From: Camelus ferus
Taxonomy: Eukaryota
Length of the DNA: 64,000 nt
NCBI RefSeq assembly: GCF_009834535.1
Contig: NC_045697.1
Coordinates: forward strand, 70,124,001-70,188,000
Direction of reading: 5' to 3'
This document shows, piece by piece, positions 1 to 12,711 of the stretch (position 1 is the stretch's first letter; each line of letters starts with the position of its first letter). The position numbers and the translations under genes were made by a program. The notes under the pieces were generated by a model. It saw only the letters and a list, made by a program, of their open reading frames with translations. It did no database searches and was not told the origin of the DNA.

Positions 1-977
1 AAAAATCCTACAGTATCTGAAAGATACAAGGTGTTCGGTAAATATGAGAAATAAATGATGAAAGGATGAATACAAGCAATTCAAAATTAACCAAACATTT
101 TTGAAGAACTTCATAAAAAATGAATTCAAGAGTAGCCATTCTTTGTTTCAAATTCTTTTGAGAAGAAAACAGTGTACAGAACCATACATGAATAGTAATT
201 TATAAATCATTTATGGAAATGCTTCATATGCAAGGGACCATTCAGTACGAGGGGAGAATACCACGCTGTTCCCTTAGAATCTAATTTGCAAGACTTTCTG
301 TTCAGGAAAGCCAAGTAGTAACATGGCAGAAATAAAAATCCACCAAATCAAAGCTTCTCTTTCTTTCAGTTATAAAGGGAAAAATAGCTCTTGGGAACAA
401 GAAAAGCAGGAGATGACATAGGGTGCCCTGCTAGGCGTGCTTCACATGTTCAAATATAAATCCTGTATCTTTTCAGTAAGGATCAAGTATCACTTTCAGA
501 CATGACTCTTGTTAATATTATTGCTATTGGCCAGCTTTATGGTACACTTTAAGTGAAGCCATAACCACAGACCCTTTGGAATGAAACAATCCTTTATACA
601 CAAGTTGTATCATGTGATGATGTTACTGTGAGTACAGCTAATTGTCCAAGGGCAGGCCTTTGAGCCAAAGGCTATCTCCTATAGTCTGGTCAGCAGTTTA
701 TGAGTTGGCTGGAGCCATAACGCTGCATAATAAAGATGCTCCCTGGGCACTTAGTGCACATGGCAGTCAGATGCTCTCTCACTCAGGGAGTTTATCTCAA
801 AGAGAGATGGAAAAGAAGGGAAACTGAAAGATGCAAAAATAAGGCAGGAAACAGAAACCTGAGACTGCAAGGTGATAGAGGCCGTTTTCAGGGGCAGCGT
901 GGAGGTAAGAGCAGCAGAGGCAGAGTAACCAGATGGTGGAGCCTGGACACAGCCAAAGATGTGTCCGGTTGATAGAG

Positions 978-1516
978 TGTGGACGTAAACAAGGGCCAAC
1001 CAAATGAGAACAAGCAAAGGCGATTTATTCCGAGCTTGCTTTGCAAGGGGGTCTGCCACTGTCACCTGCATTTTAACAGAGACTCAATGGCAGGCAGAGG
1101 AGTGGGAAAGCGTTGTAGTGGAAAAGAGGGAAGGCTTCAGGTGTGCCCCGATCGGAGGCTGTTGGCGTGGGGAAGCTGTAGGCAGGCTGACTAGAAGTGG
1201 GACATCCTGTGTGATTAGGGACGCCTATTTGGCTTTTTCTAATTAGCTCCAAGGAAACAGGGACAAAAATTAGGGAAGCTGCCAGTTATTAATGAAGTCC
1301 TGGCCATGCTGGGCTGATTGTCACAGAAGTTACTGTTTGGCTTCCTAGACTGTCACTAGAGACAGTAGTCAGGCTTCCCTTACAGCAGGTGGGCTTCCTG
1401 GGTTGTTTATTGCAGAAAACAGGTTGGTTTCCTGGGCAAGTTGCTGTAGGTTGTGGGCCAAAGGTCTATTTTTATATATGGTCTGACCATTGTCCATCTG
1501 TATATTCAGTCTCTCA
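978..1516 (-). mobile_element. ERV1-class solo LTR, MER90-like
   Basis: TG...CA termini; the reverse strand contains recalled MER90 motifs (CATATATAAAAATAGA..CCCACAACCT, GACTTCATTAATAACTGGCAGCTTCCCTAATTTTTGTCCC, AATAAA then TTTGCTTGTTCTCATTTGGTTGG). Confidence 0.75.
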
Positions 1517-1611
1517 GGAGTCTTTAGCAGTTGTGTCTGAACTGGTAACCCAGTTCTCCATAGGACCTGACTCTGTGGTCGTTGAGACAGTTGCCTATAT
1601 TTCCTGCTTCT

Positions 1612-1713
1612 AAAATGGTCTCTGTTTCCAAAACTGGAACTGTCACAACACAAAATCTCTCATATCCTGGGAAAGCCCTCAGTTCCAGGCAAACCAGGGT
1701 GGTCTGTCACCCT
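1612..1713. mobile_element. MER81-like hAT (Blackjack) MITE remnant
   Basis: Ends AGTTCCAGGCAAACCAGGGTGGTCTGTCACCCT, resembling the MER81 terminal inverted repeat. Confidence 0.5.
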
Positions 1714-1914
1714 CCCTGTATATATCCTTCCAATAGCCCTAATTAATTAAGTCAAGTAAGAAAAGTACTGACGGGTTTGAAGATCTCCTCATGTTCAATA
1801 TTCTCTATCCCTTGAAAAATGGAACAGCCTAGATAACGCAAGGCAAAATGAGATCCTCATTTTGAATAATCAGAGTAGTGAAAAGGACATTTGTCAAATA
1901 TCATTTGCATATGA

Positions 1915-2220
1915 AAGCAACAGAATGCTGCCCTGGGAATTAGGAGTCTGCGTTTGCTGCCGACCAGCTCTGTGACCTTGGTAAATTGCAGAAGAGCATA
2001 ATGGTCACCTGTGTACGTTCTGGAGATGGTGTACAGACTTGGTTTCAACAATTCATTCTACAGCTCTGAAAGAGTCATTTAATGTCTGAGCACAAATTTT
2101 CTCATTTGTAAAATAAAGATTCTAATAATCTAGCTTTTAAGGTCATCATAAGAAGTATATGAAATAATAATGTACGTAAAACAGTTATCGCATTGCCTGG
2201 CATGTAATATGCTTCAATAT
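1915..2220 (+). mobile_element. MIR SINE fragments
   Basis: Core motifs AGCTCTGTGACCTTGG, TTTTCTCATTTGTAAAAT and TGCCTGGCATGTAATATGCTTCAATA. Confidence 0.6.
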
Positions 2221-2261
2221 GTTTATGCACATTGCAGATATCTTTTCTTGCTAATACCTCC

Positions 2262-2653
2262 TGCTATAGACTGAGTTGTGCTCCCCTTTACTCCCCCAAA
2301 ATTCACATGTTGAAGTCCTAACCCCCAGTACCTCAAAATAGGACTATTTTGAGAGAGGGCCTTTAAAGGGGTGATTAAATTAAAATGAAGTCGTAAGAGT
2401 GAAGCCTAGCTCAATATGAGTGGTGTTCTTATAGGAAGAGAAGATTAGGACACACACAAGAACAGAGGGAAGCTGATCTGAAGACATAGGGAGCAGACGG
2501 CTGTCTACCAGCCAAGGAGAGAGGCTTCAGAAGAAACCAACTCTGCTGACACTCTGATCTCACACTTCTAACCTCCAGAATCATAGGAAAATTCATTGTT
2601 TAAGCCGCCTAGTCCGTGGTACTTTGTTATGGCAATTCTAGCAATCTAAAACA
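2262..2653 (+). mobile_element. MLT1B-like (ERVL-MaLR) solo LTR, full length
   Basis: TG...CA ends; motifs AAATTCACATGTTGAAGTCCTAACCCCCAGTACCTCA and TTGTTTAAGCC..GTGGTACTTTGTTATGGCA; perfect 5-bp TSD CCTCC at 2257-2261 and 2654-2658. Confidence 0.9.
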
Positions 2654-3109
2654 CCTCCTAAAGATGATAACATCCTAATTTAAATAAACAACTTGAGACA
2701 GAGTAGCAACGTACTATAACCTGTTGTTTGGTTAATTATTTAGTTTGATCTATACCTGATTCTCATGCATAATTCTCACACATAAACAAGAAAATATCAT
2801 GCAAAATGTTTCTATTCAAGAGATCTCTGTAGCAAGCAAAAGTTTGAATGTCTCAGAATTAGTGGGTTTCTAATTATGTTGACCAAAATTACATTATTTT
2901 TGAGCTATGCAATCTTAAACTCACCTAGGGGGAAGTAGATTTCAATTTTTTCATTAACACCTGATTCCTCATCTCAACAAGTTAAAAAAAAATTCTGCGC
3001 TTCAGAGAGCTGTTTATACACTCTATGACAAAATAGAATTTCTTGTAGCCAGACAGGCAGGAAGGTGCCTCTTAGAAGAAATGGCTTTTGTCAAGAAGGA
3101 TTTCCTCAG

Positions 3110-3240
3110 CAGGGAGGGGGTAACTCAGCAGTTGAGTGCATGCTTAGCATACACAAGGCCCTGGGTTCAATCCCCAGTACCTCTGTTAAAAAAAAAACAA
3201 AACCCTAATAACCTCCTCTCCAAAAATTAAAAAAAAAAAA
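3110..3240 (+). mobile_element. tRNA-derived SINE (camelid vic-1-like), long-tail form
   Basis: A box (TAACTCAGCAGTT), B box (GGTTCAATCCC), A-rich tail containing CCCTAATAACCTCC, terminal poly(A). Confidence 0.9.
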
Positions 3241-4909
3241 TCGGATTCCTTCTTCCCTGTCACCCTCAGTTGCTGGGACTACACCCTGGCCTCTGGGTTC
3301 AGGTGCTAATGAGCTCTAGTGCATGAACGACCACCCAGTGGGGCTCTGCATCCAGGGAACTGCTGCCCTTGTCCTGAATCTGTCACCCCTGTGATAGATT
3401 AGCTTTTGATAAAGCACCCAGTTAAGGGAGGGCGGAGTATTTCAGTGACTCCAGTCAAAAGCTCAAGGCTTCAACTTCAGTCCATTAGACTAAGAGGTCC
3501 TTTCCCCTCAACTGTCTGATGACAGACACAAGTTATCTGCAAATGCCTAACTGGTTTTCAGAGAGACTAGGGTAGCTCCACCTCCTACATTTCCAGAGGA
3601 GCCTGTCAGTGACTCTCATTGAAGAACCAACTATCAGCCTGGCTCAGGCGTCAGTTTCCTCCAAAAAGACAGGAGAAGTGCAAGAAAATTAAATTAAATT
3701 AAGTAAAAAAATAAGATAAAATAACATAGGCAATCTTGCCATGCTAAGTGGCAGTCACAACTAAAACAGTGACACCAGAGCAAATATGCTGTAAAACGCA
3801 GTAAGCATCCTCTCTCAAGAAAAAGACATGGTAATTTCTGATGTCTCTCATTTGGGACACACACCAGAGATTTGAAAAACAAAAAAAGCTTGAGACATCT
3901 AAGCTAATGGAAGTTTGAAAAAACCCAGCATCACGGCATATACAGGAAGGAAGAAAATATCAAACCAGTAAATGCTGAGTGCCAAAGCACCTCATCAGTG
4001 TCATTACTTTAAGCCCCGGTTTAGCCTGTCAGCTCCACTATGCCACATGCTTTGACTGACTGAAGGTTGGGATATCTGGGTCTCCTGTAACATCAACCTC
4101 CCTGTGACTTCTGGGCTTGGTTCTCTTCTACTCCCCTCATATTAGCTGGGGAAAAGGGATGAGAGCTGAGGTTGGAGGGGGCATGAATTGCTTCTCGGGC
4201 TGTCAGAGAAACAGCTGTTTCCTCCTAGCTGGCATTGGATTTCAATCTGAAAATTTTTGTCACGATGCTCTACCTCTTTTCCAGCTTTCCAAATTTGGAT
4301 TCTATAAACGTTTGGGTATTTTTCATTACTAGAGAACATAGCTACATTGATTTACTTTTTAAATAGCCTTTCAAATCATCTGAAATCATTTATGCTGTCA
4401 TCTGAGAATTCTAGTTTGGGGGTTGTTTTTTTCTCCAAGGAGCCAAATGACAGTTCCCAACCCACATCACAAATTTATGGGAAAGTTGCCTGTGACTCTG
4501 AACATCCAACTTTACTTCCAATCAAATGAAAAGGAAGGTCAGGGGAAAAGAGGGTTTAACTCCTGAGTCTTTGGAATGTTAGCTCAGCATACAAAATTCC
4601 TACCAGTATTTCCCCCTTTTCCAGCGACTGTTGCAGTGAAGAGTCTGATGACTGTAACATGAACAGTTTTAATAATCTTCTCCAAAGGTGTGATTGTAAT
4701 TCAAATTCAAACATCTACTCTTCCCAACGCTGACTTCTTTCATGCTTGCTTAATTTCCTTCTTGCCTTGTGGGACCGTAGTTATTTTAATATGAATCAAA
4801 TGCAATAGGATACAATTTTCAACCACACTCCTTGCCTTGATAAAGACCTACTCTACACCACGGCCCAACTCAGAGCCATTTAACAGCCTTGAAGAATCTT
4901 CCCCACGGG

Positions 4910-5105
4910 GACCTACCCCATCCTCCTACGTATCCTATAGCATCATGCTTGTCAATCTATAACAGCACTCAACACAGCAGAAATGTCTCTCGACACTCGA
5001 TTATAAACTCCTTGAGGAGAGAAATAGTACATGGTTCTTCTCTGCATTCTCGGGGCTCAGCACAGTCCCTGGAATCCAGATGATGTTAATCCTTATTGAA
5101 ATTAA
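4910..5105 (+). mobile_element. L2 LINE 3' end fragment
   Basis: GATTATAAACTCCTTGAGG and CTCAGCACAGTCCCTGG, typical of degraded L2 3' ends. Confidence 0.55.
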
Positions 5106-5971
5106 TTTTCAAGGCTCTACCCGAAGCCAAAGACACCATTGGATTTTATAAAAACTCTTCCATGATCAAGGTGCTAAAAATTTAAGACCATCTCGAGACA
5201 ATGTTTATACATGTTATTCCATCTTTGGGATGATTTTCTATAAAGTTGCAGTAACAGTCTCAGATCTGTAATATGATGCTTATCAGAGCCATTGTCCTTA
5301 GGATTAATAAAAATTATTGAGGGTAGCGTAGATGTCAGGATCCTCACAACCCTGCAGGCCGGAAGGGAGTGGCACAATAAAATAAAGGCCCTTGCAACCC
5401 TGAGAGCTACAGTTATAAAAAGGGTGGCTAGAGCATGTTAAGGACTTTCTCAGGTCTCTCTCTCTCTCAATTTCATCAAGAAGAGCAAGAATCAAAAAGA
5501 ATCAAATCAATCTCTGCCTTGTATGCTTATCTCCACGACCATGAAGTTTTCTCAGGGGTGCCTGCTCAGTCACATATATTCGTGACACCTGAAAAGGGCT
5601 TATTATTTTAGAATTTGACCATGCCTTGTCTTAACATGTTAAGTAAGGCCTCATTCAATAAAATGTACAATTTACAGCACCTATAATTTTCCATTTAAAC
5701 TCACAGCATATGAAAACCAGCACACATGACTATGTCTTAGAGGTACAAAATTTCTTCTAAAATATGGCTTTATTAATTAGAGCTGGATCATTGTCAGGTT
5801 TTGGCTACATTTGGGAAGATATCAGCCTCATCATCACAAACAAGAATGGAGAAATGGATTTCTCTATCAACAGCTTTCCTTTGAAATAACATATAAACGG
5901 TTATCTGCATAAAGACAAATACATTTTTTAAATGTATAATCTACTATTTGCCAGGTACAATGTTAGATGCT

Positions 5972-6230
5972 GGATGGTAGCTGTCACTAATGTTTTCCTG
6001 CTCAAAATCCAGTTTTTCTGGCCCTACTTCCTTATAAATTTTGTTCAAGGTAACAAAGTGCTGGGTTAAAATCTCAGCCTCCTGGAGTCTCTCCGAAATG
6101 GAGGTGACAGAGCGACACCTACACGGGCAATAAAATATAAACTAAGAGTTTCCGGGAGGCCATCCTCATGCACTTAAGCCACTGGGGAGATGTTCTCTGT
6201 TACTTGCAGCTGGATGAATTTCTGACAAGC
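5972..6230 (+). mobile_element. MLT1I/J-like LTR fragment
   Basis: ATTTTGTTCAAGGTAACAAAGTG and TTAAGCCACTG..TCTGTTACTTGCAGC. Confidence 0.55.
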
Positions 6231-7538
6231 TGAAGCATAGCAGTTATCTGCCAGAGGAATGACAGGGCTTAAATGTTGACGTCTCATATCCTGAAACTTT
6301 TATCTCTAGACCGACCTGAAATCTTCTCCGTGGGTGGATGAATGAGAAGAATTGAGGAAATACACCTTCTCCTGTTTTAGGGAAGGAAGAGGATTATGGG
6401 CCATATGATTACCACTAGGCATAAGACACAGCGTGGGTGTTTGCAGTAAGGCAGCTTGTGTGCTGGTGGACCCATTCGGGACTGTGCTCTGTGAAGGGGA
6501 AAGAAGCGAAGTTAGAAGTGGAGGATCAGTTCCCACAGTGCTGCTGGGAGACTCCTCCTGGGCGGCAACCTGGCCCTTCCCGGGGAGGCAACACCATCAT
6601 CACAGGAGGCATTTCCTATTTCTCTAAATCCAGATTTCCTTACAGACGCTGCCATTTGTGCCCTTGAAGAGAAGGCAGTGCGGGACAAGAATTTCCTTAT
6701 TTGCAAACAAACGATGGCCAAAAGCCCGAACAACCGGTAGAGGAGTATTTGGTTTGGGCAGAGGGGACGACGCTAACTGAAGTGAGATGGAGCTACATTA
6801 CTGCGTTTCCTGCTTCTCTTTGGAAGTCACTTCATTGTGACTTCCCTGGATCATCTTTGTAACAATCACTCACCTTTGAGAAGCAGAGCCCCTCCCACGG
6901 TGTCAGGTTGGGCACTGGAAGGGCCAGCTTTTGAGGAGCCAGGATCCTCTATAGGGAGCAACCTCATCTCAGTGACAAAGAGATACTACGCACCTCCAGC
7001 TGGCCTGACGAGAGTTCCGGACCTCAGACAGCTGCTTCCGGATGCATTCCCACCTTTCACAGCCCTTCGGCGGAAATATTTACTGGCTCACTCATGGGGT
7101 AGAAAATCTTTCCAATTAAGCAAGTCATTGTAGAGACACCAGGTGGGAGCTGGCAAAGTTTCCTGGAGGAGCCCACCTCAAATGGCAGCCTGAGTCCACA
7201 CGGAGGGCAAGGGGACTTCTGTGCACATCAGGTGCCTTTAGTCACCCACATGGGACTAGGGTGCCTAGGATGGGGTCCTGTCCATTTTTTCTTTACTATT
7301 TCATTTCTGGTGTTGGATTCTTTAACTTTTTCAACCCATAACTGTAAATTGTCCCCTGGAGACTGATATATCTGTAATCACTCAAGATGTGTATAAATAA
7401 ATACACTTATAGTACTTTCCGAATGGCTCAAATATAGGAAACATAAAAAAGAAAGGACTGACAGGAACCATTATTAGTAACTAATTTGTCTTGCCTAATT
7501 ATAGCTTTTCTAATTTCCCTACATTTTTCTGCTCTTTC

Positions 7539-7678
7539 TTTTTTTCCTTTTCCTACTTTTTTTTGGTGGGGGGTAGTAATTAGGTTTATTTATTTTAATG
7601 GAGGTACTGGGTATTGAACCCAGGACCTCGTGCGTGCTAAAGCATGCACTATACCATTGAGCTATACCCTCCCCCCAC
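7539..7678 (-). mobile_element. tRNA-derived SINE (vic-1-like), long-tail form
   Basis: Reverse strand GGGGAGGGTATAGCTCAATGGT...GGTCCTGGGTTCAAT; perfect 12-bp TSD TTCTGCTCTTTC at 7527-7538 and 7679-7690. Confidence 0.95.
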
Positions 7679-7690
7679 TTCTGCTCTTTC

Positions 7691-7866
7691 AACATGGATA
7701 AGAGCTTGGCTTCTACAGGCAGAGAGTTGAGTCCTGGCATTTCCATTTATTAGCTATCTATGCCTTTAAGTTATTTAATGTCTCTAAGTTTTCCTCATGT
7801 ATATATAGTGATAATTCTAGAAACTAAAGAGGATGAAGTGAAAGGCTGAGCACGCTAAAGATACAC
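7691..7866 (+). mobile_element. MIR SINE
   Basis: ATGGATAAGAGC, TTATTAGCT and AAGTTATTTAATGTCTCTAAGTTTTCCTCAT core. Confidence 0.6.
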
Positions 7867-7876
7867 TAAAAAAAAA

Positions 7877-7896
7877 GAGAGAGAGAGAGAGAGAGA
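7877..7896. repeat. (GA)n microsatellite
   Basis: About 10 GA units following an A tract. Confidence 0.9.
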
Positions 7897-9544
7897 AAGG
7901 ACTGGATTAAAATAAAAAACTGAGTCTTAGGAAAGGGTCTTGCTGCTTAGTTTAAAGAGCAGGCTTTTTTTTCCTCTCCGTCACCTGCCTACCGGTCTGG
8001 GCCAATTCGTCTTGCCAAGGCCAGTGACTCAGCAGACCGTGCACCCAGCAGCTACTGAATGACACCCTGTGCACTGTCATTGTGGGTCTCTGCAGTCTTA
8101 TGAGCAGCAGAGTGACCAATGAGGCGTTGTGTCTTTGTTCTTGCTGTTCCCGTCTTGAAACGCGTGCCCGCTGCTGTGTGCGTTTTCTGCACGTTTCCAC
8201 GCTGCCTCTTTATTATAAAGTAACACAGTAAAGGGCTCCTAGAGGGGCCTCCTGCCGTCTTCAGTCTCAAGCCTGCAATTTTCTCATCTGACTTGGCATT
8301 TGGAACAGCTGGATGGCTCCAACCCCTGGCAAATGTTGCTGAGAACTGTGCACTAGAGTTATGCTGCTTTGTGATATGATTAAGTGAAAGCATATGCTTT
8401 CTCTTTTGTTGACTTTGTCTGTGCTCAGAGCTGAAATCAAACCAATCAGTAAAATCCTGATGCAGCAGCAGATAAACCCCAAGGATTCCTACTGTTAACT
8501 GCAAAAAGCCCACACTCAGCTCCCTAGATGCCCTTGGGGGAGTTTACCCTTTACCTGGAGACCATGATTTTCCCTCCATGTTGAAAAGCACGGGATTGCC
8601 ATAGATGGAGCTCAATGAAAGAAAGAATTGAGGATGGGCTATTTCTGGATTAGAAAGTGGTTTTTCTTGGAAAGTCTCTGGGAACTGTTAAAGGGGCACG
8701 TTTCACCCCGGTATGTGACTTTACAGAGGACATCTCTGTATCAACCCAGCAGACATCTCTCTGACATTAAGTGATCTGTGCAAGCCTGTAAGCATGAGCA
8801 TCAGAGAGGGAACTGGTAAGAGTGAAATATAAGGCCCCAGAAAATGATATCAAAATCAAATAGAAGAATCTAATTTATATGACATCAGAGTGCAGAGTAT
8901 ACAAGCAAACTCGGAGTCTTTATAATTAGTAAAAGGAAGTCTATGTAGCTTGCTCCCACGTACTCGCTCCTCAGTCAGCCACACCACCATCTCACACACG
9001 AAGAAAAGCAGAGTCACAGAGAGGTGTAGCCTGACAAGAGAAAGGTAACTCAATGTTTACAGTTACAAGGTCACTTCCAGTCTTGGCTGTGTGATGGTGG
9101 CGCGATGGCTGGGCCAGCCACACAGCCAAGCAAGATTGTTCTCTTTTGCTTTATGCGTGAGGTCAAATTAGAATGCACATGATCCTGGGTACTAGGGAAA
9201 AAATGTATGTGTCATGGGAAAAATACATCCCTTCTAAGGGTCACAGGGGAAAAAAAACCCTGAAGACTTTTGTTAACACCAGACCAGTAAGATAATTTAA
9301 TTCTGTCATAACTGTTTATACTCCACTGAGTGACACTGAGGATTTGTGAAGGAAATTTCATGTAAACACTTCTGCATGAAGAGGTTGTATACCTCCATAG
9401 AGCTCAATACAACAAAGGGAAGGAAATAAAAATAAATCATTTCACTGCATTATTTATACCTGTACTGAACCAAGGTACATGATTTGTACACTATGAGCAT
9501 TTAAAAGGTGAATTTGGTTCTATGAACTCATCTGTACCAGTTAG

Positions 9545-10383
9545 TTGTTTATTTTTTTAATTGAAATAGGGTTGATTTACAATGTTGTGTTAGTTTCTGG
9601 TGTACAGCGTAGTGATTCAGTTATACATATATATACATATTCTTTCTCATTATAGTTTATTACAAGGTATTGAATGTAGTTCCCTGTGCTATAATGCAGG
9701 ACTTTGTTATTTACCTGTTTTATATATCGTAGCTTGTATCTTATAATCTCAAGCTCCTAATTTATCCCTGCTCCTCTTTTCCCATTTGGTAGCCATAAGT
9801 TTGTTTTCTATGTCTGTGAGTCTGTTTCTGTTTTGCAAATAAGTTCACTTGTATCATATTTTAGATTCCACATATAAGTGATATCATATGGTATTTGTCT
9901 TTCTCTGTCTGACTTACTCCATTTAGTATGATAATCTCTAGGTCCATCCACGTTGCTGCAAATGGCATTATTTCAGTCTTTTTTATGGCTGAGTAGTATT
10001 CCATTGCATACATATAGCTCATCTTCTTTGTCCATTCATGTGTCAGTGGACATTTAGGTTGTTCCCATGCCTTGACTATTGTAAATATCCTAATATAAAT
10101 ATTGGGGTGCATGTATCTTTTCAAATTAGAGTTTTCTCTGGATGTATTCACAGAAGTGGGATTGCTGGATCACATGATAGTTCTATTTTTAGTTTTTTAA
10201 GGAATCTTAAGAAACTTTCCCATAGTGGCCACATTAAATTGCATTCCCACCAACAAGAGTAGGAAGGTTACCTTTTCTTCACACCCTCTCCAGCATTTAT
10301 TGTTTGTGGACTTTTTAATGATGGCCATTCTGACTGATGTGAGGTGATACTTCATTGGAGTTTTGATTTGCATTTCTCTTATA
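9545..10383 (-). mobile_element. 5'-truncated L1 (ORF2 C-terminus + 3'UTR)
   Basis: ORFs 10197-10403 (IREMQIKT..YHLTSVRMAIIKKSTNNKCWRGCE) and 9861-10151 (MEYYSAIKK..MPFAATWMDLE..KDKYHMISLICGI) match the L1 ORF2p C-terminus; T-rich tail at the left end. Confidence 0.95.
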
Positions 10384-11254
10384 CCAATCAAAATATGTTT
10401 CAATTGCCATGGGAGAGTTTTTATTACATTATTAAGAATAATTTCACAGAAAAAAAATTTTTTTTAGAGAGTGAATAATTAAACTAGTAAATCTTTGTAC
10501 ATAAATAGAAGTTCATGTACTAAGTGTGCATAATATTAGATATTCCACACAATGTAGTAAATTGTGACACATCTACACATATGGCAGGTGTTCCCAGTTT
10601 GGCTGACTAGCTCTTGCTCTCCAGAAAGAAGTCCCAGAGATCCTCAAAGATTCTTAAGATCTGAAGTCCTCCACTAGACTTCAAATGACAACCCCATTTG
10701 CTTACATCCTGATTTCTACTCTGAAAATGACCTGGTCTAGAGTCTATTTATATCCAAAAACAAAGGCAGGAAGGTATGAGGAAACAACAGACTTATTAAT
10801 GAATCACCAGGAAGATAATTCCTTCCAAAGAATCAGGGAAGAACGCTCAAGGGGCAGGAGAGCAAGACGCAAGAAGAGGAAGAGGACAATGTAGCATAAT
10901 GAAAGCAGTGTCTGACACTTGTCTGTGATGCAGCATTAGGTTCACCAGGGAGTGCCTGGGTGGAATATTAATTTGGGTTTCTAGGCCTGCATTTACCCTC
11001 TTTAAAAAAGAAAGATTCTCCAGAACTCAGTGACTAACTGGAGAGTGAGAGAAAGAAAAGGACCAGGAGGCTATGGGATTCCTGGCGTGCATCACCAGTG
11101 GAAGCTGGAGCTGTTCACTGCGATCAGGGTGGTCACTTCTTCAAGTTCAGTGCAGGCTGGTAAATGCAGAGCATGTCTGTGTGCGTTGGGTAAAGGGCAG
11201 TGTTCTAGAGTAGAAGCACTATGGGTTTGTATTTACATAATGCTCTGTAGTTCT

Positions 11255-11450
11255 TGAAGTATTTTCAAAAACACTATCTCTTCTGATACTCACAGCAACC
11301 CAATAAAATAGGTAGGTTAGTCATCAACAGCCTTGTTTTAGAGGTACGAAAACTGAAGCCTCAAATGCTCATATGATTTTCCAGAGGTCACAGGGGAAAT
11401 AGGTGGCAGGGCGGGGCTTGAACTTTAGTCTGCTGACTCTAAATCTGTAG
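11255..11450 (-). mobile_element. MIR SINE
   Basis: CTCACAGCAACCC, GAAAACTGAAGC, GGTCACAG and CTTGAAC..AGTCTGCTGACTCTAAATC. Confidence 0.75.
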
Positions 11451-11565
11451 ACCACTGAATTTAGTATTTAATTATTCTCCATAACTTCATGAGTGTTGGC
11501 TAGCTGCTGTTTTGCAATTAGAGTATGCAGTCTCTGAAGCAGAAGATGATAGTATATATTTAGTC

Positions 11566-11769
11566 CCAGAGTTTTTTTAATCTTAGCACTGTTGACCTTT
11601 GGGCCAGAAGCTGTCCTGTGCATTGTACGTGCATCCTGTGCATCCCTGGCCTCTACGCACAAAATCACTAAATGCCAGTAGCATTCTCCAAGTTGTGACA
11701 AGTAAATATGCAATCAGTCATTGCCAAATACTCCCTGGAGGGCAAATCACCCCTGGTTGAAAATCAGTG
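11566..11769 (-). mobile_element. MER20 hAT-Charlie MITE
   Basis: GCTGTCCTGTGCATTGTA, CATCCCTGGCCTCTAC, ATTGCCAAATA and CCCTGGTTGAAAATCAGTG; 8-bp TSD ATTTAGTC at 11558-11565 and 11770-11777. Confidence 0.9.
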
Positions 11770-12189
11770 ATTTAGTCACTTCACCATCCTGGGCACAGAG
11801 GAGAAGCCCAATAAATTCTTGGGGATTGATTTAAGGCTAATAATGCATTCTGAAATGTTTTTAATAGAAATCAATCAAACAATGAAGTTAAATTGGAGTG
11901 TAAGGCCAAAGACGTTGCCTTTTTAGCATCTGGAATGGTGTCCAAGAAGTCGAGGAGGTTGTGATGGTGACTGTCCTTGTGCTGATTAGCAGACTAGTTT
12001 TATAGGCTCAATTTGGAAAGAAAAGAGGGACATTGCTTCTTTCAAAAGTAGGTGTGTGCACAGTCCTGCATCTCCCTGCACACAGCAGCAGTGAGTCTTG
12101 AGTAGAGGATGCCCTCATGTATATTTCATTTGTTTAGACATCCTTGCCACCCGAAAGAGCTCATTGAAGGGCTATGAGTAGAAGGAGCC

Positions 12190-12370
12190 CAGGACTTGAG
12201 CACCTTGGGAGTGGAGTCTATTTCTATCTCTGCTACTAACCGAGTAGTAAGACCTTTGGCAGGTCACTGCCCTTCTCTGAACTCAGAGTCCTCATTCATA
12301 AAACGAGGAGGTTGGAATGTATTATCTCATAGGTATCTTCCGAGTTGAACATTTATTTATGATTCTATGA
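12190..12370 (+). mobile_element. MIR3-like SINE
   Basis: TCTGCTACTAAC, GGCAGGTCACT..CTCTGAACTCAG..CTCATTCATAAAACGAGGAGGTTGGA, ending GATTCTATGA. Confidence 0.7.
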
Positions 12371-12372
12371 TA

Positions 12373-12711
12373 CAGATCCTCAGTCCTCCATTTGCAAGCC
12401 TGGAGATTTCATGTGTTCCTAAATTCAAAATTTTCACATTCTTTCAAAGATAAGAAAGTGCATAAACTAGTTTTTATAAAACTTCCAATTGGGGGCTGAG
12501 GCAATACCCCCAAATGAAGCACATTAATATTTATGAAGTAAGATGGATGACTGTCCACACTCAGTGAAATAAATTAAGATGATTAACAGCCTTGCATCAG
12601 TTCAGGTAAGATTTTGTTGCCAAATGAGTTTGCTGCAAACACAAATAAAAACTCTTTTGGTTTTCAGGCCACTTTAAACTTCAGAATTGTTGATGTGCAA
12701 TTGTGTATGTG
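12373..12711 (-). mobile_element. MER46C-like Tigger (Tc1/mariner) MITE
   Basis: Flanked by TA on both sides; internal CAGTTCAGGT..ATTTTGTTGCCAAATGAGTTTGCTGCAAAC matches the recalled MER46C consensus. Confidence 0.75.

Noticed and set aside
6822..6845. Inverted repeat GGAAGTCAC-N6-GTGACTTCC
   Set aside because: A 9-bp stem with a short loop is expected a few times by chance in 64 kb
8052..8513. 153-aa minus-strand ORF with a hydrophobic N-terminus
   Set aside because: Non-ATG start, no recognisable homology or splice context; length is expected by chance
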